From an uncultured virus (IMG/VR IMGVR_UViG_3300047673_000294) (taxonomy: Duplodnaviria > Heunggongvirae > Uroviricota > Caudoviricetes), in IMG/VR virus record IMGVR_UViG_3300047673_000294: a stretch of 64,000 nt of DNA. One strand, written 5' to 3'. Shown here piece by piece: positions 18,550-28,131 of the stretch. The notes below the pieces were generated by a model. The model had not been told where the DNA came from. It made no database searches and saw nothing but the letters and a program-made list of their open reading frames with translations. Numbering within the stretch: the stretch's first letter is position 1; every line of letters begins with the position of its first letter. The position numbers and the translations under genes were made by a program.

Positions 18550-19905
18550 TCAGGAACGGGTCGCGACCTTCACGAACGGGGACAGGGTGTTGGAGCCCTT
18601 GCGGGGGGTGATCGCGGACTTGATCCACGGGGTGCCGTCGACGCGCTCGATGATCCGCATCGCGGTCTTGTCGTTGCCGAACTTGAACTCGGTCGACGTG
18701 CTCATCTGCATGGCCTGGCGATCACCGATGAGGTAGTAGCCGAAGTCGACAAAGTTGATGTCGCCCGCCGTACCCACGGAGCTGACCTTCTCGGTGAAGA
18801 TGACCGGGCGTCCGAGGATCCGCACGGGCGGCGCTTCCTGGCCGCCGCCGTCGCCGACCCACACTGCGGACCCGCCGGTGCCCACCGACAGCGACATGGT
18901 GAGGAGCTGCGGCAGCGTGTCGATGTGCGCGACCCACACCGCAGTGCCGAGGGAACTGGGGAGCATCCGGCTGTACGCCTTGACGATGTTCTCCCACACG
19001 ATCGTCGCGGCTGCCTGGCCGGACTCCTTGGTGATGGAGACAGCGGCCGGGGCGTTGAGGAACCCGAGGGGCTGGCCGACGCCGGTGCCGTCAATGAACG
19101 CGTTGTCCTCGAACCAGAGGAGCGCCTCCGGGTAGGACTGCGACATGAACTGTTCCAGCGAGATGAGGCTGTCCTGGAACAGCTCGTTGGGGATCTCGCT
19201 GTACAGGGTGAGCTTCTTGGCCAGGAGCTCGATGCGGCCGAACTGCGGAGCCGAGTCGGTGAGGGTGCCTCCCTCCTCGGTCCAGTAGCCAGTGACACCA
19301 CCGTGCACGCTGGTCGCGTTGCTGGTGGAGTCGATGGTCGGATACGGGACCATGAGGGTTTCCATGGGCACGACGCGGGCGCGGGAGCGGACGAGGCCCT
19401 TCTCCATCGGCACGGTCAACAGTTCGCTGCGCAGCGACTCCGGGATGAGGAACCCGCCGTCGGACGGCACGGTAGATCCGAAGCTGTTCTGGATCTTCTT
19501 GATCTCCGAGCGCGCCGCGAAAGCTTCCTGCGTGTTGGACCCAGCCCACGTCGCGACGAGGTAGTCGGCCCAGTTCCCGAACTGCTTGTCGAGGCCTGCG
19601 CCGGCAGCCTTGCGGTTGTAGTACTTCGACCGGGCCGTCGGGCCGCCGTTGTCCCAGCCCGGGGCGAGGTTGAGGCGGTTGATGCTGTCGATCTGGTCGC
19701 CGCGCAGGGTGTTGGCGAACTGCTGCTGGACCTGCTCGCGGATCTGCGTCGCGATGCTGTCGTCGCTGTTCGTCTGTCCCTTGGCGTAGTCGACGATGAA
19801 GTCCTTCAGCGTCTCGGGGGACTTGACGATGGCGCTGGCTGTCGCGGTGTCGCCGAGCATTTCTTCCAGCTCGTCGGCGTTGCGCGGGATCGTGGGTGTT
19901 GCCAC
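18550..19905 (-). CDS. major capsid protein (HK97 fold)
   Basis: DGGFLIPE, WTEEG, GTGVGQPLG, ILGRPV, GDINFVDFGYY motifs; GAAGGAGG RBS. Confidence 0.93.
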   Translation of the reverse strand: MATPTIPRNADELEEMLGDTATASAIVKSPETLKDFIVDYAKGQTNSDDSIATQIREQVQQQFANTLRGDQIDSINRLNLAPGWDNGGPTARSKYYNRKAAGAGLDKQFGNWADYLVATWAGSNTQEAFAARSEIKKIQNSFGSTVPSDGGFLIPESLRSELLTVPMEKGLVRSRARVVPMETLMVPYPTIDSTSNATSVHGGVTGYWTEEGGTLTDSAPQFGRIELLAKKLTLYSEIPNELFQDSLISLEQFMSQSYPEALLWFEDNAFIDGTGVGQPLGFLNAPAAVSITKESGQAAATIVWENIVKAYSRMLPSSLGTAVWVAHIDTLPQLLTMSLSVGTGGSAVWVGDGGGQEAPPVRILGRPVIFTEKVSSVGTAGDINFVDFGYYLIGDRQAMQMSTSTEFKFGNDKTAMRIIERVDGTPWIKSAITPRKGSNTLSPFVKVATRS

Positions 19906-19916
19906 TGCTGCCTCCT

Positions 19917-20966
19917 TCAGGCTGCTTCCGTCGCCGCGCTGGACGCCGACGTGCTGTGGGTGAAGCGGGCCACGGCTGCGGCCCATGGGTCTGGCTGGGG
20001 GTCGGTGAGGTGGGCGACAGTGGCCGCCCAGTCGTCGACCGCAGCGGGCTCGGCGGGGGCTTCGGGTTCGAGGGGTTCGGCCACGACCACCGGGGCAGGC
20101 TCGGCCGGGACTTCAGGCTCGGCGGGCTCCGGGTCGACGACCGCGGCAGGCTCGGCCGGCGGCTGCACGGCAGCGCGGAGGCGGGCGACCGCGTCCTCGT
20201 CGAGGAGGTCCGCGATGCTGATGACGAGCGTCGGCTGTCCGGCCAGGTGCTCGGTGGCGTCCACCACCGGGGGCGGTGTGGGATTCGGCGTCTCCGCCTT
20301 GGCCGGGCCGTGGTAGCCGTAGGCGGTGAGGTCGAACTGCCGCATCGCGGGCTCGGCTTCCTCGGGTTGCGCCTGCTGCTTGCGTGCGGGCAGCAACTCG
20401 TCGGCCAGCCCAGCTGCGACGGCTTCCTCAGCGGTGAACCACGACTCGGCGCGCATCTGGGTGCGCCACTCGTCTCGGGTCCCGCCGGCCTTCTCGCTGT
20501 AGGCGTCCGCGATGTTGCCGCTGATCTTGTCGAGGAGCGCGGCCATGTCCTGCATGTCCTGCGCGTTGCCCATACAGACCCCGGCCGCGTCATGAATCAT
20601 GATCATCGCCTGGGGCTGGACAACCACCCGGTCCCCGGCCATCGCGATCACACTGGCGATGGACGCCGCGATCCCGTCCACCTGGACGGTGACGTCCGCC
20701 GGGTGCGCGCGGAGCGCATTGGCCAGAGCAATTCCCTCGAAAACACTGCCGCCGGGGGAAGAGACCCTGACCCGCAGGCTCGGCGCGGTAACGGCCTTCA
20801 GCTCGGCGATGAAGTCCTCGGCGAGCGTGCCCCAGCCACCGATCTCGTCGTACAAGAACAGCTCCGCCTCGTCGGCGGCGATGTTCCTGAACTGGTACCA
20901 GGGCTTGTCGCTCCGGGCCTGCGCGCGCAGCCCCGGGATTCGGTCGGGCAGGTCAATGAACGGCAT
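19917..20966 (-). CDS. ClpP-type head maturation protease
   Basis: SSPGGSVFEG, GIAASIAS, MIHDA, ESWFTAEEAV..GLADE. Confidence 0.92.
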   Translation of the reverse strand: MPFIDLPDRIPGLRAQARSDKPWYQFRNIAADEAELFLYDEIGGWGTLAEDFIAELKAVTAPSLRVRVSSPGGSVFEGIALANALRAHPADVTVQVDGIAASIASVIAMAGDRVVVQPQAMIMIHDAAGVCMGNAQDMQDMAALLDKISGNIADAYSEKAGGTRDEWRTQMRAESWFTAEEAVAAGLADELLPARKQQAQPEEAEPAMRQFDLTAYGYHGPAKAETPNPTPPPVVDATEHLAGQPTLVISIADLLDEDAVARLRAAVQPPAEPAAVVDPEPAEPEVPAEPAPVVVAEPLEPEAPAEPAAVDDWAATVAHLTDPQPDPWAAAVARFTHSTSASSAATEAA

Positions 20967-23044
20967 CAGTCGGTGCCCCCCGTCGTGTCCCAGAAAGCAG
21001 TGACCGTGCCGCGGCAGCGGATGCCGCCCTCGCACGCGTGGTACGGGCCGGCCCCGTAGGCGGCTGTCACGTCGGCCAGCGTGGTGAACGTGGTGCCGTC
21101 GATCGCTTTGCACGGGGGGCAGGTGTTGCCGTCGTTTTTCTCGCTGGCCACCCAGCGGGCCTTCGGCTCCGGCGGGGCCGCTTCGAGGGTTGCGATGCGC
21201 CCCGTGTTCTGCGCCCGGTGGACGGCGCCGCCGAGCTGGTCCCGCTTGAACACGCCCTTGATCTTCCGGAGGGTGCCCTTCACCACGTTCGCGACGTCCC
21301 GCCCGGATACCCCGGGGACGAAACGCCGGACGGCTTCCTGCGCGGCCGAAGCTGCGAGGCCGGACGCGATGAGCGAGGCAACCGCGGTGGCGATCGCGTT
21401 CAGCTCGTCACCGAAGTTCACGATCGTCCCCGGGTGCAGCCGTGCGGTGAGCGACTCGTCGACCTTCGGCGCCGTCACCGTCACGCCCTGGCGGCGAGCC
21501 TCGTCGGCCATCCGGTCCGCGGCCTGCTGCGCCGCGGAACCGAGCGCGGTCCGGACCGTGTCGGCCGCGTCCGCCGAGTCGAGGCTCAGGCTGGCCAGGG
21601 CCGCCGTGTCGTCATCGTCGATGGCCCGCTCGATCTGGGTGCCGAGGTCGTCGATCCACCGGTCCTCGATCGGGTTGAAGTCGGTGAGCAGCACGGTGAG
21701 TGCGGTCTCGTGGTCCTGCTGCATCTGCTCCAGCGGATCCGTGTCCGCGTTGCGGATGGGCGTGCTGGTCAGGAGTCCGGAGACCGTGTCGGCCCACGAC
21801 GCGGCAGGGGTAGGCGCCTTGGGGGCGGCAGCGGGTGCTCCGACGAACGCGATCTCGGGCAGGCCCACCGCCGACAGGACTCCGGCCGGCTCAAACCCGG
21901 CCTGAACCAGGGCGCCAGCTGCTGCGGACTGCGCGGCCAGGTGCTTGGACTCCTGCGCGATGTCACCGATGACCGGGTCGTCGAAGTCGAACTCCAGGCC
22001 GCGCCCGGTGGCTCCGTACATGGGGAGCAGGCGGGTGTTGAGGGCTTGGCGGATGCGTTCGAGGCGGGGACGGATGAGGTAGCGGGCGAGCATATCGCTC
22101 GCGGCTTCCATGTTCGCCCGGTTCGTGTCGTCGACGGTGCCGAGCATGGGTTTCGGGAACGCGAACGCTTCGCGGATGATCTCGCGGCTGACGTTGCGGA
22201 GTTCGGCGAACTGCATGTCGGCCATCGAGTACGAGCGGTCGACCCACTTGAGGCCGTTCTCCAGGACCGCGATCCGGTGCGCGTTGGACACGCCGCGGTG
22301 CTGCTCGTTCCAGCGGTCGCGGAACTCGTTGAACTCGTCGTCAGAGAGCCGCTGCTCGGCCTGGACGATGCCGCCGGGCTGCGCTGAGTTCCGGAAGAAG
22401 TTGGCGTTCCACTCGGCGCTCGCCCTGCTGGAGTCGAGGTCGGCGAGGAGGGTCTGCACCGGGCCCCACCCGCGGTACGGATCCAGCGGGTTGGGGCGGC
22501 GCAGCATGATGACGTCGTCCACGCCGAGGGGGACCTGCTCGCCGGTGGGCGCCGAGTACACGTACCCGGACAGGAAGTTGTCGCGGTCGGGGATCGGGGT
22601 CATGCGGTCGGGGCGGGCGAACCACAGCTCCAGCGGGATGGTGGAGTTCTTGTTGCGCGAGATGATCCACCACTGCTCGCCCGTCAATTCCTCGTGCTGC
22701 TGCGTCGCCTCACGCCACATCGGCCCCGTCATGAAGCTGTTGGGCTGCGTCCACAGGTCGAGGGCTGCGTGCCGGGTGACCTCGACGCGGTCCTCGTCCC
22801 GGCCGCTCTTGGCGCTGCGGTAGAGGTGCCATTCGACCTGGCTGTAGGCGGTGGTGATTCGCTCGACGATGGCGAAGAGGGTGCCCACCGACCCCATGGC
22901 ACGCATCTGCGCCTCTTGGCCGGCGGGGCGGACGATGCTCGACACGAGCCCGGAGCGGCCGCCGTTGGGGGCGAGGGCGATCGGGGAGCGGTTGGTGAAG
23001 GTGGCGGCGGCTTTGCCGAGGGAGCCGAAGAGCGTCTTGCCCAC
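20966..23044 (-). CDS. portal protein with C-terminal MuF-like (minor head) extension
   Basis: FFRNSAQPGG, AVLENGLKW, DMQF portal motifs; C-terminal TCPPC...CRG. Confidence 0.88.
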   Translation of the reverse strand: MGKTLFGSLGKAAATFTNRSPIALAPNGGRSGLVSSIVRPAGQEAQMRAMGSVGTLFAIVERITTAYSQVEWHLYRSAKSGRDEDRVEVTRHAALDLWTQPNSFMTGPMWREATQQHEELTGEQWWIISRNKNSTIPLELWFARPDRMTPIPDRDNFLSGYVYSAPTGEQVPLGVDDVIMLRRPNPLDPYRGWGPVQTLLADLDSSRASAEWNANFFRNSAQPGGIVQAEQRLSDDEFNEFRDRWNEQHRGVSNAHRIAVLENGLKWVDRSYSMADMQFAELRNVSREIIREAFAFPKPMLGTVDDTNRANMEAASDMLARYLIRPRLERIRQALNTRLLPMYGATGRGLEFDFDDPVIGDIAQESKHLAAQSAAAGALVQAGFEPAGVLSAVGLPEIAFVGAPAAAPKAPTPAASWADTVSGLLTSTPIRNADTDPLEQMQQDHETALTVLLTDFNPIEDRWIDDLGTQIERAIDDDDTAALASLSLDSADAADTVRTALGSAAQQAADRMADEARRQGVTVTAPKVDESLTARLHPGTIVNFGDELNAIATAVASLIASGLAASAAQEAVRRFVPGVSGRDVANVVKGTLRKIKGVFKRDQLGGAVHRAQNTGRIATLEAAPPEPKARWVASEKNDGNTCPPCKAIDGTTFTTLADVTAAYGAGPYHACEGGIRCRGTVTAFWDTTGGTD

Positions 23045-23061
23045 TCGGCACCCCCTTCGCA

Positions 23062-23223
23062 TCAGTCGCTGTCAAGCACCCACTGGAGGACGCACGTGAG
23101 GATTCCGCCGGCGATGAGACCAACTCCCACGCCGAAGATATTCCAGCATCCTGCTGTGATGAGTGTAAATCCTCCTGTCAAGAGGGTCGCAGGCCGCAAA
23201 TCTTTCAGCTTCTTCACGTTCAT
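23062..23223 (-). CDS. small membrane protein (53 aa)
   Basis: MNVKKLKDLRPATLLTGGFTLITAGCWNIFGVGVGLIAGGILTCVLQWVLDSD, two hydrophobic segments. Confidence 0.6.
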   Translation of the reverse strand: MNVKKLKDLRPATLLTGGFTLITAGCWNIFGVGVGLIAGGILTCVLQWVLDSD

Positions 23224-23234
23224 CCTGGGCTTCC

Positions 23235-24638
23235 TCATCCGACGAACCTCACCTGCGGCCGGCCCCCGAGATCCCGCTCCGCGACCATGTACCGCAGCGC
23301 ATCCATCCCGTGATCATCCTTCTTCAGCGGCTCCTCCTTCAGCCCGCCGGCGTTCCCAGGCTTCACCGCCCACACATAGCCGCCGACCTCGTCCGTAGAG
23401 CACAGCGGCAACGTCGCCTCATCTAGTGCCTCATCCCGCTCGACGAGCGCATCCCGCACCACGAACAGGCGCGGCCGACCGTCACCCGCCGGCTTCAACC
23501 GGGACTGCACCGCCTGGATCCCGTCCGACACGGTCTTCTTCGCCGCGGACGTCGACAGGCCAAGGTGCTTCTCCAGCGTTGCCCGGTCCTCCGCGTCGTG
23601 GTCGCAGATCACCGCACGCGGCCGCGGCTCCGTCCACTCCAACTCGCAGGTCTCGCACGTGTGGCAGTCGTGGTCGGAGCCCTTCGCCTTGCAGCAGGTC
23701 ACGCAGCGGCGTACCAGGCGCAGGATGTGCCGGGCGTGGTCCTCGACGAGCCGCTTGGTGCGGTAGATCTCCCGGTACAGGAACAGGCGCCCGTCCGGGT
23801 CTTCTGCCCAGCACTGGAGCACGAACGGGTTGGTGAACCCGAAGTCGATCGTCCACCAGCGGGTCCACGAATTGGGGATCGCGATGGGGTCGATGAGGTG
23901 GAGCGCGTCGTCCCACTCGTCGTAGATCTGTCCTTCGGCCGCGGCCCACGTGCCATCCCGGAGGCGGGCTTTGCGTACCCCGGTGAGCCGGTCGAGCTTC
24001 TTGAAGTAGGACACCCCTGCCGGAGTGGGTGTGCCGTCGGCGTTCATGTAGGCGGGGTTGTCGCGGTGCCGTGACAGGAGCATCGTGGCCTCGCCCGCGT
24101 CGCAGCGCTGCTTGATCCAGTGCTTCGGGTGGGAGGGGTTGCATGCCGCGATCTGCTGCTGCCAGGACAGGACCCCGTTGCGGAGGCGCGTGGAGATGGC
24201 CTCCCAGTCGGCGACGGTCAGCTCCGTTGCTTCGTCCGCGAATACGAGGTCGTACTCTGCACTCATGATCTTCTCGGGCTTGTCCATGCCGCCGACGACG
24301 ATGCGGCTGCCGTTCGAGTACCGGTAGCAGGCGGCCTCCCTGGCATTGCCGCCGAACCAGGTCACGATGCCGCGGGCGAGCGCGTCTCCGGCGACCTTCT
24401 TGTCGAACGTCACCAGCGTCGTCGAGGTCAGCGACACGGCCGTCTTGCGGACGACGAGGCAGCGGATGTTCGGGTTGTGCAGGGCCGTCAGATGCAGGCG
24501 GAACAGGGCCGCGAGGCTCTTGCCGGTGCCGGCCGGTCCGGCGATGACGAGTTCGTCGTCGCGGCACTTGAACAGCGCCTGTGCTGCGCCGCGTGGCTCG
24601 TACCGGACGACCGTGTCCCGGTCGAGCGCGGTCGTCAT
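23235..24638 (-). CDS. terL: terminase large subunit
   Basis: Walker A GPAGTGKS, Walker B VFADEA, CNP, IDFGFTNP, DHGMDALRY. Confidence 0.93.
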   Translation of the reverse strand: MTTALDRDTVVRYEPRGAAQALFKCRDDELVIAGPAGTGKSLAALFRLHLTALHNPNIRCLVVRKTAVSLTSTTLVTFDKKVAGDALARGIVTWFGGNAREAACYRYSNGSRIVVGGMDKPEKIMSAEYDLVFADEATELTVADWEAISTRLRNGVLSWQQQIAACNPSHPKHWIKQRCDAGEATMLLSRHRDNPAYMNADGTPTPAGVSYFKKLDRLTGVRKARLRDGTWAAAEGQIYDEWDDALHLIDPIAIPNSWTRWWTIDFGFTNPFVLQCWAEDPDGRLFLYREIYRTKRLVEDHARHILRLVRRCVTCCKAKGSDHDCHTCETCELEWTEPRPRAVICDHDAEDRATLEKHLGLSTSAAKKTVSDGIQAVQSRLKPAGDGRPRLFVVRDALVERDEALDEATLPLCSTDEVGGYVWAVKPGNAGGLKEEPLKKDDHGMDALRYMVAERDLGGRPQVRFVG

Positions 24639-25207
24639 GCCAAATCTGTGGGGTCGACGCCGACGACTTCGTACCGGACGCTCCCGGACACGGCGACCTG
24701 CGCCGGCTGCTTCAGTCCGTGCAGGTTCTGGTACTGGTCGCGGATGCGGAGCGCGGTCTGGATTGCCTGGAGGCGGGGCCCGTCGTCCTGGAGCGGCGTC
24801 TCCTCACCGGTGTCCGGGTCGCGCATGGTGATGACCTTGCCGTGGGACACCATGACGTGATTCCGCTCGATGATCTCCAGCGCCATCACGTACAGGGAGT
24901 CGAGCTGCTCCGACTCGGCCTGGATCAGCCGGGTGACAGCCGGCCGGACGACCTCAGCCTTCACGCCCTGGATGGCGCGCCAGGCTGCGCCCTTGTCGTA
25001 GTAGCCGAAGCGTTCGGCGAGTTGGCGGTAGCTGGTGCCGGGGTTGTCGGCGAGGTATTCGGCGGCGGCGGCGTCGCGGCGTGCGCCGTCGATGGTGCGG
25101 ACGAATTTGCCGCTGCCGTCGCGGGTTTTGCCGTGGAGTGTGGGGTCGACGGGTCGGCCGGCGCCCTCGGGTTCGGCCGGTACGGGTGGCTCGTTACCGG
25201 TATCCAT
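24635..25207 (-). CDS. terS: terminase small subunit
   Basis: HTH SYRQLAERFGY; directly upstream of and coupled to terL. Confidence 0.75.
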   Translation of the reverse strand: MDTGNEPPVPAEPEGAGRPVDPTLHGKTRDGSGKFVRTIDGARRDAAAAEYLADNPGTSYRQLAERFGYYDKGAAWRAIQGVKAEVVRPAVTRLIQAESEQLDSLYVMALEIIERNHVMVSHGKVITMRDPDTGEETPLQDDGPRLQAIQTALRIRDQYQNLHGLKQPAQVAVSGSVRYEVVGVDPTDLA

Positions 25208-25304
25208 CGTCTGATGGTAACGAGGTGTGCAACTGGTGGAATGGTGCGCGCACGGGTGAGGGCCCGCTCCCGGTGGCGAGAGCGGGCCCTTGGCATGTGC
25301 GGGG

Positions 25305-25574
25305 TCAGGTCAACTGTGTGGCCGTGATCAGCGGGTGCGGCTCCAGGGAGACCCAGTCGCAACCGCCGTGGGCATGGACGGCGCCGCTCTCCTCGTCCTG
25401 CCAGGCCCGGTCGAGGTCGAACGGGATCCGCTTGGCGGCTTCGACGAACGGGCCTTTGGCTGCGTCCTTTGAGGCGTAGACGCCGAGGACGTCGCCGCCT
25501 TCGTGGTCTTCGCCGGTGGCGAGGACCCAGACGATCGGGCCGGCCTGTGTCTGTCGGTGGGCGAGCTCGGTCAT
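25305..25574 (-). CDS. hypothetical protein
   Basis: VWVLATGEDHEGGDVLGVYAS. Confidence 0.6.
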   Translation of the reverse strand: MTELAHRQTQAGPIVWVLATGEDHEGGDVLGVYASKDAAKGPFVEAAKRIPFDLDRAWQDEESGAVHAHGGCDWVSLEPHPLITATQLT

Positions 25575-25786
25575 GGGGTTCATCCTGTCGTGTCGGCGGG
25601 TCACGCGGGGCTGTGGTCGGGGCAGTAGTCCCGGCCTTCGACGTCGCTCCACCCATCAGCTGCGAGGGAGCGGCGGTGGTCGGCGGCTTCCTTCTCGCGG
25701 GGGGTGGGCTGGCATGCGGCGCGCAGCGAATACTCGGGGCAGTCGTCGTGGGCGCAGCGGATGGTGTGGGCCATGGCGGGCTCCTT

Positions 25787-26203
25787 CTAAGCGGCCAGCG
25801 CGTCGGCGAGGAGCTGGACGCGGGTGGTGATGGGGCAGTCGACGGGGTAGAGCACGGTGACGGTGGCGAGGCCGATGGTCCGGGCCGGCTTGTCGGCGGG
25901 GGCGGGGCGCTCGACCAGGTAGCGGGTGCGGTGGATCGAGTACGTCTGGATGCGGTCGGCGCGGAAGGAGCGGGCTTCGCCGGTGCTGCGGTCCATGGCC
26001 TTGATGACGATGTCGCCGGCGGCGCTGACGGTGAAGTCGTAGATCTCGATCGTCCGGGTCGTCTCGACGAGCTGGCCGGTCTTGCGGCCGTTCTCGTCCT
26101 TCTCTTCCTTGAGGTAGGCGATGGTGACCGGGTGCTGGCGGTCGGCGGCCTTGATGAGGCGGGTGAGGGTGGTGGTGCTGGTCTCGTTCGCCGTGTGCTT
26201 CAT
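25787..26203 (-). CDS. stand-alone WYL-domain protein
   Basis: VTIAY...RTIEIY...AMDRSTGEARSFRADRI WYL signature. Confidence 0.75.
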   Translation of the reverse strand: MKHTANETSTTTLTRLIKAADRQHPVTIAYLKEEKDENGRKTGQLVETTRTIEIYDFTVSAAGDIVIKAMDRSTGEARSFRADRIQTYSIHRTRYLVERPAPADKPARTIGLATVTVLYPVDCPITTRVQLLADALAA

Positions 26204-26238
26204 CAGTGGCCCCCTCGTCGCGCTTCCTTGTGACACCC

Positions 26239-26294
26239 ATGTTGGCCTACTCGGTAGGCGTTAGTCAATAGGCTTGGCCTAGTCGGTTGGCCAA
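26239..26294. promoter_or_regulatory. divergent promoter/operator region
   Basis: minus-strand TTGACT-18-CAACAT; repeat TTGGCCTA(C/G)TCGGT(A/T)GGC at 26242 and 26274; palindrome TTGGCCAA. Confidence 0.6.
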
Positions 26295-26315
26295 TCTTGT
26301 GGGAGACTCATCCAC

Positions 26316-26528
26316 ATGGACACCGCGAAACTCGAACTCGCAGCTCAGCGCTACCGAGAAGCCGAAGCCGCCCTCGACGCAGCCCGGACAGATCTCCAGT
26401 CCGAAGCGCTCGCCTTCCTCCAGCAGACCGAGGAACGCGGCGCGCAGGCCACCGTCGTCAAGGTCACCGGCTGGACACGCGAGCACGTGCGACGCCTCGT
26501 CAGGAGCAGCGAGGAGGCCAGCGCGTGA
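26316..26528 (+). CDS. small HTH regulator
   Basis: QATVVKVTGWTREHVRRLVR; paralog of 40977-41204. Confidence 0.75.
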   Translation: MDTAKLELAAQRYREAEAALDAARTDLQSEALAFLQQTEERGAQATVVKVTGWTREHVRRLVRSSEEASA

Positions 26529-26689
26529 GCGACGTCGACTGCCCCTACTGCCACGCCACGTTCGACAACCTGGACGTCCGCGTCGTCACCTCGCTACCGG
26601 ACGGGACGGCGGTTGCGATGAAGCACACGAAAGACTGCGTCGACTACCCGCCGAACCCGGTGCGCCCGGGTGAGGAGCCGACCACATGA
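26525..26689 (+). CDS. small Cys/His protein
   Basis: CPYC...HTKDC; GTGA coupling. Confidence 0.55.
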   Translation: MSDVDCPYCHATFDNLDVRVVTSLPDGTAVAMKHTKDCVDYPPNPVRPGEEPTT

Positions 26690-27156
26690 GCGAAACGACG
26701 ATCCGCTACCCGCAGCCCCGCGAAGGCATCGCCGGCACGGAGCGCACCGACGACGACCTGCTCGGCCTCGACGACAAGGCCATCGCTCGCCGCCTCATGA
26801 TGATCGGCACCGCCCGAGCCCTGCACTCTGCCGTCCTTGTCGGCAACCCCGCGCCGGTCGTTGCCGACATCTATGCCCGAATGCGAGACCCGCGCCCGGG
26901 CGACCTCGTGATGGAGCTTGGCGTCCCGTTCCGCAGGAGCGACCCGGACGGCCAGATCAAGGGCTTCGGCATCCTGATCGCACACCGCGAGGAGTGGGCA
27001 TCCACAGACGAGGAATGGGCCGCCACCTGCGCGGAAGACCCTGACGTTCGCGTGGACGAGCGGTTCCATGACCACGCCTGGTACGTCCAGTACGGACCGG
27101 CGGCCGAGGACGTGTGCCGGTGGACGAACTGCGAGTTCATCGCGATCCCGACGTAG
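26686..27156 (+). CDS. hypothetical protein
   Basis: coupled 156 aa ORF with good codon usage. Confidence 0.65.
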   Translation: MSETTIRYPQPREGIAGTERTDDDLLGLDDKAIARRLMMIGTARALHSAVLVGNPAPVVADIYARMRDPRPGDLVMELGVPFRRSDPDGQIKGFGILIAHREEWASTDEEWAATCAEDPDVRVDERFHDHAWYVQYGPAAEDVCRWTNCEFIAIPT

Positions 27157-27171
27157 CCCACCGCATGACGA

Positions 27172-27200
27172 AGGCCCCGCCCGAATCCGGTGCGGGGCCT
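27172..27200. terminator. hairpin between convergent genes
   Basis: AGGCCCCGC...GCGGGGCCT. Confidence 0.6.
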
Positions 27201-27213
27201 CGCTGCGACACCG

Positions 27214-27636
27214 CTACTTGCCCAGGCCGTCCGCCATCTTGAGCTTGTCGAACTGCCCGTCCTCGCCCGTCCACCCAAGAGCGTCGATCGCCTTGGCCAT
27301 CTGTAGCGCGGTGTAGTCGTTCTCCGACAGCGGCTTGCACGCCTCCGGCCGGCTCTTCCCGCCCTCCGCGGCCTTCTCCGCCACGGCGTCGAACGCCTCC
27401 TTGGATGCGTCCTGGTACCCCGAACGGACCATGCCTGCGAGCGTCTTGTCGAGCGCGTCGACGCGCTCCTTGGCCTCCTTGACGGTCGGCTTGTCTCCGG
27501 GCTTGCCTCCGGTTCTCTCGGTGAGCGCGGTGGCGCAGTCCTTGGCTTTCTCGTCGCCGGACTTCGAGCAGCCGACCGCGCCGCCCGCGAGGAGCAGGGC
27601 CGCGGTGAGTAGCAGGGCGGTGGTGGTGCGGTGCAT
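27214..27636 (-). CDS. lipoprotein
   Basis: signal peptide with lipobox AVG-C (MHRTTTALLLTAALLLAGGAVGC). Confidence 0.75.
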   Translation of the reverse strand: MHRTTTALLLTAALLLAGGAVGCSKSGDEKAKDCATALTERTGGKPGDKPTVKEAKERVDALDKTLAGMVRSGYQDASKEAFDAVAEKAAEGGKSRPEACKPLSENDYTALQMAKAIDALGWTGEDGQFDKLKMADGLGK

Positions 27637-27795
27637 GAGTCCCCCCAGGATCTCGGTGTGCCGGGGATCGTAGACCCGGGCGCCGACAATCGGGGCGGGA
27701 ACGGGCGAAGGCCCACCGGTCGGGCGATCGGCGGGCCTTCATCTCAGGGGTGCCGGACGCTACCCGGCGCGCAGCCACCAGTGTGGCAGCCGCGC

Positions 27796-28047
27796 CTATT
27801 TGCCGAAGGTGCGAGCGAGGAACTCGGCGACCGCGAGGAGCGCGAGCAGGCCGAGGGCAGCGCCGGTGGACACGTACCGGCTGTCCGGATCCGGGGTGCT
27901 ACCAGGGACGCGGACGATCGCGTCACCGCGCGGGACCAACCCGCCGTGCTCGACGTCGCGGTGCTGCTGCCGGTACGCCTCAGCGGCCCGTCTCGTGGCG
28001 GGTGGGCTGGCTGCACGGCACAGCCGGCACCGGTACTCGTACAGCAT
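27796..28047 (-). CDS. small Zn-finger-like protein with C-terminal TM helix
   Basis: YRCRLC...HRDVEH, then hydrophobic tail. Confidence 0.6.
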   Translation of the reverse strand: MLYEYRCRLCRAASPPATRRAAEAYRQQHRDVEHGGLVPRGDAIVRVPGSTPDPDSRYVSTGAALGLLALLAVAEFLARTFGK

Positions 28048-28066
28048 CGGGCTCCCCTCTCGGGAG

Positions 28067-28131
28067 GGTAGGCGGGGCGGTAGGACGGCGGGTAGGAATG
28101 GGCGCTCACCTGCGGTTCCTACCGTCCTACC
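28067..28131. repeat. GGTAGG x3 (12-bp period) then inverted CCTACC x2
   Basis: GGTAGG at 28067, 28079, 28091; CCTACC at 28118, 28126. Confidence 0.75.

Noticed and set aside
20030..20170. Repeats in the ClpP C-terminus as DNA binding sites
   Set aside because: Explained by a Pro/Glu/Ala scaffold-like linker read in a single frame
23150..23185. TTGACA-containing late promoter within the small membrane gene
   Set aside because: No acceptable -10 box at 16-18 nt spacing
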